Source: a virus (Duplodnaviria; Caudoviricetes). Taken from it: 64,000 nt of DNA. The notes beneath the pieces are model-generated. The model had not been told where the DNA came from. It worked only from the letters and a program-made list of their open reading frames with translations, and ran no database searches. Of this stretch, positions 59,658-64,000 are shown piece by piece (positions within the stretch are counted from its first letter, which is position 1; the number at the start of each line of letters is the position of its first letter). The position numbers were made by a program, and so were the translations under genes. The stretch spans positions 3,526-67,525 of the IMG/VR virus record IMGVR_UViG_3300017914_002582. One strand, given 5' to 3'.

Positions 59658-60926
59658 ATGTTTAATTCAGAAAACGCACAGAAAAAGTGGGCGCCTCTGT
59701 TGGATCACACAGACTGTGCTCCAATTCAGGACTCATATCGTAGAGCAGTAACAGCTGTTCTCTTGGAAAACCAAGAAAAGGCAATGGTAGAAGAACGGGC
59801 TCATCAGTCTTTCCAGATTAATGAGACTAACGAAACAGTTGCAGGTAGCATTGAAAAGTTCGATCCAGTACTGATTGCTATGATTAGACGGGCAATGCCT
59901 TCACTCATCGCTTATGATGTGTGCGGTGTACAACCTATGGCTGGCCCGACTGGTTTGATCTTCGCGATGAAGCCGCAATACAAGAACGCGTCTAAAGAGG
60001 GTGTTGCTGACGAGGTTGAAGCATTCACTGATTCTCCGATCTTGACTGGCTTCTCTGGTGTAGGCTCAGAACGTGCATCTTCACTTGACGGATCAGCTGG
60101 TGATGCATTGTTGACATCAGAAGGTGAAGCACTGTCTGACGCAGCATCATCTAATTCAGATGCTGAAATCGGTAAGATGGGTTTTGAAATCACGAAAGCG
60201 ACTGTAACAGCTCGTACTCGTGCTTTGAAAGCTGGCTACACAATGGAATTGGCACAAGACTTGAAAGCAATTCATGGTCTTGACGCTGAAGCTGAGTTGG
60301 CTAACATCTTGTCAACAGAAGTATTGGCTGAAATCAACCGTGAAATCATCGGTAAGATTCGGTCTAATGCTAAATCTCACACTGTTGGTTCAGATTCTAT
60401 CTTCACAATGACAGATACTACTGACAACTTGGGTGCACGTTGGGGTCAAGAAAAGTTCCAAGCACTTGTTTATCGTATTGAACAGGCTGCTAACAAGATC
60501 GGTCAAGAAACTCGTCGCGGAAAAGGTAACTACGTTATCGTTTCTCCGAACGTAGGTTCAGCATTGGCTGCATCTGGTAACTTGAACTACAGCGACGCGT
60601 TGACATCTACTGGTCTGAACATCGACACAGTTGGTAACACATTCGCGGGTACATTGAACGGTGCTGTTAAGGTATATATTGACCCTTACCAGACTACCGA
60701 TCAGGTAATCGTTGGTTATCGTGGTGCTAACCCCTACGATGCTGGTATGTTCTACTGTCCTTATGTTCCGTTGACAATGGTCAAAGCTGTTGGTGAAGAT
60801 GACTTCCAGCCCCGTATCGCGTTCAAGACTCGTTACGGTCTGCAGGATAACCCGCTTCACAGCACAGCTGCAGGAGTGGCAGCTAACAACCCCTACTTCC
60901 GTAAGTTTACTGTTGCAGCACTGTAA
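59658..60926 (+). CDS. gp23: Major capsid protein gp23
   Basis: KWAPLLDH, AVTAVLLENQE, VCGVQPMAGPTGLIFAM, RALKAGYTMELAQDLKAIHGLDAEAEL, YCPYVPL, FQPRIAFKTRYG. Confidence 0.99.
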   Translation: MFNSENAQKKWAPLLDHTDCAPIQDSYRRAVTAVLLENQEKAMVEERAHQSFQINETNETVAGSIEKFDPVLIAMIRRAMPSLIAYDVCGVQPMAGPTGLIFAMKPQYKNASKEGVADEVEAFTDSPILTGFSGVGSERASSLDGSAGDALLTSEGEALSDAASSNSDAEIGKMGFEITKATVTARTRALKAGYTMELAQDLKAIHGLDAEAELANILSTEVLAEINREIIGKIRSNAKSHTVGSDSIFTMTDTTDNLGARWGQEKFQALVYRIEQAANKIGQETRRGKGNYVIVSPNVGSALAASGNLNYSDALTSTGLNIDTVGNTFAGTLNGAVKVYIDPYQTTDQVIVGYRGANPYDAGMFYCPYVPLTMVKAVGEDDFQPRIAFKTRYGLQDNPLHSTAAGVAANNPYFRKFTVAAL

Positions 60927-60945
60927 CCTTATTGAAAATTGGTAC

Positions 60946-60975
60946 AAAGAGAGTCCTTCGGGGCTCTCTTTTTTT
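60946..60975 (+). terminator. Terminator with a cUUCGg tetraloop after gp23
   Basis: AAAGAGAGTCC-TTCG-GGGCTCTCTTT followed by a T run. Confidence 0.92.
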
Positions 60976-60976
60976 G

Positions 60977-60984
60977 TATAAATA
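60977..60984 (+). promoter_or_regulatory. Late promoter for gp3
   Basis: TATAAATA; the ATG at 60990 is 6 nt after its end. Confidence 0.85.
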
Positions 60985-60989
60985 AGAGT

Positions 60990-61457
60990 ATGAGTAGTAA
61001 TCTTTCAGATAATCTAAACATGTTATCACCCAATGGGTTTAAGGTAACAATCGATTCACAAGAATACGCTAACCTACAATTCTTTTGTACGGCAGCTAAT
61101 GTACCATCTATAAACCAGAATTCAGTATTACAACCGTTTAGGAACGACAACGCATACTTCCCCGGCGATAAGATAGAGTACTCTACATTTGACGTTACAT
61201 TTATCGTTGATGAAGAGTTAAAGAACTATGAAGAAATTTTAGACTGGTTATTGACTAACCGTGGCGAAAAACCTAAGTTTAAAGATATCACGCTTTCTAT
61301 TTTAACTAATAAAAATACTACTAACCGACAAGTAAGATTTCTTGATTGTTTTCCTATTAACTTAGGTGTTTTGCCATTTACCACACAGGACACAGCACTT
61401 GAGTATATTACTTGTGACGTTAGTTTTCAATATAATAAGTTTGAATTTATTCGATAA
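60990..61457 (+). CDS. gp3: Tail completion / sheath stabiliser gp3 (tail tube family)
   Basis: NLNMLSPNGFK, FFCTAANVP, GDKIEY..FDVTFIVDEELKNYEEI, FLDCFPINL; follows gp23. Start at ATG 60990. Confidence 0.88.
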   Translation: MSSNLSDNLNMLSPNGFKVTIDSQEYANLQFFCTAANVPSINQNSVLQPFRNDNAYFPGDKIEYSTFDVTFIVDEELKNYEEILDWLLTNRGEKPKFKDITLSILTNKNTTNRQVRFLDCFPINLGVLPFTTQDTALEYITCDVSFQYNKFEFIR

Positions 61458-61462
61458 TTTAC

Positions 61463-61491
61463 TTTACAAATAGTAACGATAGTGTTACTAT
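61463..61491 (+). promoter_or_regulatory. Sigma70-type promoter for uvsY with an overlapping 8 bp inverted repeat
   Basis: TTTACA (61463-61468), 17 nt, TACTAT (61486-61491) with TG extension; ATAGTAAC-N6-GTTACTAT at 61470-61491. Confidence 0.78.
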
Positions 61492-61497
61492 ATTAGT

Positions 61498-61947
61498 ATG
61501 ATGAATGTAGAACAAATACTTGAAATGTGGAAAGATGATTCCACTATAAACGAGATTGACCTAGATGTTAGCTCTTTAGAGATGCCTAAACTCCACTCAA
61601 AATACCTTGAGCTTCACACCGTTGCTAAACTGCAATTAAAGAGATTGCGACTTAAGATTGCCTCATTGAAAAAAGACAAGTGGCTATATTACACCGGCAA
61701 AATGACTAAAGAAGATATGGATACTCGCGGGTGGGACTACGATCCATACAAAGGTGGGACTAAACCACTTAAAGGTGATATGGATTACTACTATGATGCT
61801 GATCCAGAAATACAAGAACTTGTTGCTAAAATAGAATACCAAGAGACTTTAGTAGAAACCCTTGATGAAATTATGACTAATATACGCTGGAGACACTCTA
61901 CGATTAAAAACATAATCGACTGGCGTAGATTCACATCTGGAGGATAA
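61498..61947 (+). CDS. uvsY: Recombination mediator UvsY
   Basis: ILEMWKDDS.I, SLEMPKLHSKYL, KWLYYTGK, LKGDMDYYYDADPEI, WRHSTIKNIIDWRRFTSG. Confidence 0.95.
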   Translation: MMNVEQILEMWKDDSTINEIDLDVSSLEMPKLHSKYLELHTVAKLQLKRLRLKIASLKKDKWLYYTGKMTKEDMDTRGWDYDPYKGGTKPLKGDMDYYYDADPEIQELVAKIEYQETLVETLDEIMTNIRWRHSTIKNIIDWRRFTSGG

Positions 61948-61951
61948 TTTA

Positions 61952-62067
61952 GCCCTAGTAGTTTAATGACAGAACCCCACACAGTTGAGTAAAGAGATAC
62001 TGCAGATTTCTACACATAAGTGAACTTGAAGTGAGGAAGTGCCGGTTAAAGTCTGGCCTAGGGCGCC
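61952..62067 (+). ncRNA. tRNA-like RNA with an enlarged anticodon domain, about 115 nt
   Basis: Acceptor GCCCTAG/CTAGGGC (61952-58 / 62058-64), U8-A9, D-stem GTTT/GAAC, T-stem GCCGG/CTGGC with 7 nt loop TTAAAGT, then G-C-C. About 65 nt lie between the D and T arms. Confidence 0.75.
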
Positions 62068-62073
62068 TTTTGA

Positions 62074-62081
62074 TATAAATA
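62074..62081 (+). promoter_or_regulatory. Late promoter upstream of the small ORF and uvsW
   Basis: TATAAATA; the ATG at 62087 is 6 nt after its end. Confidence 0.8.
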
Positions 62082-62086
62082 ATTCT

Positions 62087-62278
62087 ATGAGTGTAATAAT
62101 CAGACGTAAAATTACACGGAATAAAAGTTATACAGTTATTTTCTTCGATAAATATAACTATCATGTATGGCCAACAAATGACTATGAGCACGGTGAGATA
62201 CTTAAAATATTCAAACAAGATAAACCATACGATGGAATTATAAACGACTTTTCAAGATGGAAAAAATTAAGTGAGTGA
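62087..62278 (+). CDS. Small hypothetical protein, 63 aa
   Basis: MSVIIRRKITRNKSYTVIFF...; start chosen after the late promoter; overlaps the uvsW start. Confidence 0.6.
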   Translation: MSVIIRRKITRNKSYTVIFFDKYNYHVWPTNDYEHGEILKIFKQDKPYDGIINDFSRWKKLSE

Positions 62279-63767
62279 TATTGTTATTAGTAAACGCGAT
62301 GAAGTAGACATCATTGTGCATCCAAGTGATTCTGGTATTGTAATGGAGCTAAGTGAGTTCTTCACGTTTTATGTTCCGGGCTATAAGTTTGTACCTTCTT
62401 ATCGCAATAAGATGTGGGACGGTAAGATTCGTTTGTACAATACGAGAGATTATTCATTACCTAGTGGTCTATTATACCATGTAGAACAGTTTGCAGAAAG
62501 TAGAGGATATAAAGTTGAAAATAAAATTACCAAACGATCCACCGCTGTGGATAGCACTTACTTTGACGATTTTGACCTATGCAGCGGTGGGACTTCTATC
62601 AAGCCTTATGATTACCAATTACGGGCAGTCACCCACGCCATAAACAATCATAACACATTATTATTATCTCCAACTGGCTCAGGTAAGTCGCTTATGATCT
62701 ATCTGGCTTTACGTTGGTTTTTAAATACTTCTGATAAGAAAGCTCTCATCGTAGTACCCACTACATCCCTTGTAGAGCAGATGTGGAAAGACTTTGCTGA
62801 CTATTCTAGTAATGATGATTCATTTGATCCAGAGTGTGTACATCGAATTTATTCTGGTAAAGAAAAAGAAAACTTGACATCACGGATTGTGATAACAACT
62901 TGGCAATCCGTGTTTAAAATGCCGAGGTCTTGGTTTCAGAACTATGAGATGGTTGTCGGTGACGAAGCACATTTATTTAAAGCTAAATCATTGACTACTA
63001 TTATGGGACACTTAAAAAATGCTTGGCTTCGGATAGGTACTACAGGAACACTTGACGGTTCAAAGGTACATAAGTTAGTGCTCGAAGGTGCGTTCGGCCC
63101 TGTATACAATGTTACTGCTACTCATAAACTAATTGATGAGGGTAAGCTGTCTGATGTATCGATTGATGTATTAGCACTTACTTATTCAGATGAAGAACGA
63201 AAAGCATTTAAAAAGAAAACGTATCAGGAAGAAATATCGTATCTAGTCAGCCATGAGCAGAGGAATAAGTTTATACGAAACTTAGCGTTATCTCAAAAAG
63301 GTAATACACTTGTATTATTCAATCTTGTCGAAACGCATGGTAAGCCGCTGTATAAATCTATATCTGATAAAGCAGAAGATGGAAGAAAGGTATTCTATGT
63401 ATCTGGAGAAATTAAAGCGAATGATCGTGAAGCTATACGAGAAGCTACAGAAAAAGAAAACAACGCCATTATTGTAGCATCGATGGGTACATTCTCTACT
63501 GGAATTAATATTAAGAACTTACATAATCTTGTATTTGCCGCACCGACTAAAAGTCAAATAAGAGTTTTACAATCACTTGGTAGATCATTGCGTAAAGCAG
63601 AAAACGGTCAGCCTGCAAAGGTATACGATATATGTGATGATCTAAGTTGGAAGAGTCGTAAAAATTATACGCTACTACACGGAGTAGAACGCGTTAAGAT
63701 ATATGCAAAGGAAAAGCTGAAGTTTAAGACCCATCAGGTTCCAATGCCTCAGGATAAAACTTCCTGA
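62271..63767 (+). CDS. uvsW: SF2 DNA helicase UvsW
   Basis: KMWDGKIRL, PYDYQ, SPTGSGKS, VVGDEAH, GTTGT, GTFSTGINI, LQSLGRSLR; GTG start. Confidence 0.97.
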   Translation: MSDIVISKRDEVDIIVHPSDSGIVMELSEFFTFYVPGYKFVPSYRNKMWDGKIRLYNTRDYSLPSGLLYHVEQFAESRGYKVENKITKRSTAVDSTYFDDFDLCSGGTSIKPYDYQLRAVTHAINNHNTLLLSPTGSGKSLMIYLALRWFLNTSDKKALIVVPTTSLVEQMWKDFADYSSNDDSFDPECVHRIYSGKEKENLTSRIVITTWQSVFKMPRSWFQNYEMVVGDEAHLFKAKSLTTIMGHLKNAWLRIGTTGTLDGSKVHKLVLEGAFGPVYNVTATHKLIDEGKLSDVSIDVLALTYSDEERKAFKKKTYQEEISYLVSHEQRNKFIRNLALSQKGNTLVLFNLVETHGKPLYKSISDKAEDGRKVFYVSGEIKANDREAIREATEKENNAIIVASMGTFSTGINIKNLHNLVFAAPTKSQIRVLQSLGRSLRKAENGQPAKVYDICDDLSWKSRKNYTLLHGVERVKIYAKEKLKFKTHQVPMPQDKTS

Positions 63768-63999
63768 AGAACCATTCGTGACCGCCAATAATCTTTTTCC
63801 CAACCGCCGTTCCGATAATTTCTTCGTAGTCTGATACGGATGGCTTAAGTTCTTTCTTAACATCATGGTTTCCAAAGATGCCGTGCCATTGATGATCTTC
63901 TTCAACTTCTTTTACAATGTTATTAAAGTCGTGCTGGAAATAAGGCAGTTCGAGATACTCATACAACTTCTGCATACACTCATCTGGAAAGCGGGTTAA
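63724..63999 (-). CDS. Sulfotransferase-family protein, C-terminal part; gene continues beyond the window
   Basis: MQKLYEYLELPYFQHDFNNI...EDHQWHGIFGNHDVKKELKP...WFF resembles the C-terminus of Sulfotransfer_3-type proteins; the frame is open to the edge. No PAPS-binding motif is visible in this fragment. Confidence 0.62.
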   Translation of the reverse strand, partial: LTRFPDECMQKLYEYLELPYFQHDFNNIVKEVEEDHQWHGIFGNHDVKKELKPSVSDYEEIIGTAVGKKIIGGHEWFFRKFYPEALEPDGS

Positions 64000-64000
64000 A

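Noticed and set aside
16629-60926. DSP as the host Bacteroidetes D-(S/T)-(A/I/L/V/M/T) sequon
   Set aside because: Pro is not in that consensus, that system acts on exported proteins, and the TTTACA-17-TATAAT promoters do not look like Bacteroidetes promoters. Kept only as an analogy.
60926-60990. Absence of gp24 (vertex protein) after gp23
   Set aside because: This is usual for marine/environmental T4-like phages and is not novel.
61952-62067. Calling the RNA a canonical tRNA-Cys or a tmRNA
   Set aside because: It is too long for a normal cloverleaf and has G73 rather than the U73 of Cys. It lacks the G3:U70 pair and tag frame of tmRNA and is far shorter than tmRNA.
51575-63767. Introns or inteins in gp17, gp20, gp23 or uvsW
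   Set aside because: All are continuous ORFs of normal length with no splice motifs or endonuclease insertions.
1-64000. CRISPR array, rRNA, integrase or IS element
   Set aside because: I saw no regularly spaced repeats, no rRNA-like sequence and no recombinase or transposase motifs.

Overview
This 64 kb AT-rich window comes from a T4-like myovirus whose gene order resembles marine/environmental T4-like phages. It holds the end of the replication block (gp33, gp59, gp32) and an inverted tail-hub block (gp4, gp2, gp54/19-like, gp26, gp51-like, gp29-like tape measure). It also holds the baseplate/fibre operon (gp48, gp53, gp27, gp5, gp25, gp6, a 3235-aa gp7-like protein, gp8, VrlC/DUF4815, a 2280-aa fibre), a 5.7 kb glycan-modification island, the neck/head operon (gp13 to gp23), gp3, uvsY, uvsW and a partial sulfotransferase-like gene. 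All calls come from reading motifs and synteny by eye; no database search was run. The strongest leads are: (1) about 24 Asp-Ser-Pro motifs confined to outer virion proteins, including capsid and sheath, next to a late-expressed island of glycosyltransferases, radical SAM enzymes and a PLP enzyme, suggesting a phage-encoded virion glycosylation system with its own sequon; (2) a tRNA-shaped RNA of about 115 nt with an enlarged anticodon domain after uvsY; (3) a probable -1 frameshift joining gp26 and gp51 just upstream of the tape measure gene, as in lambda G/GT; (4) a 320 bp promoter+ORF cassette flanked by 18 bp direct repeats; (5) many apparently leaderless transcripts and a hairpin that occludes the gp25 start codon.
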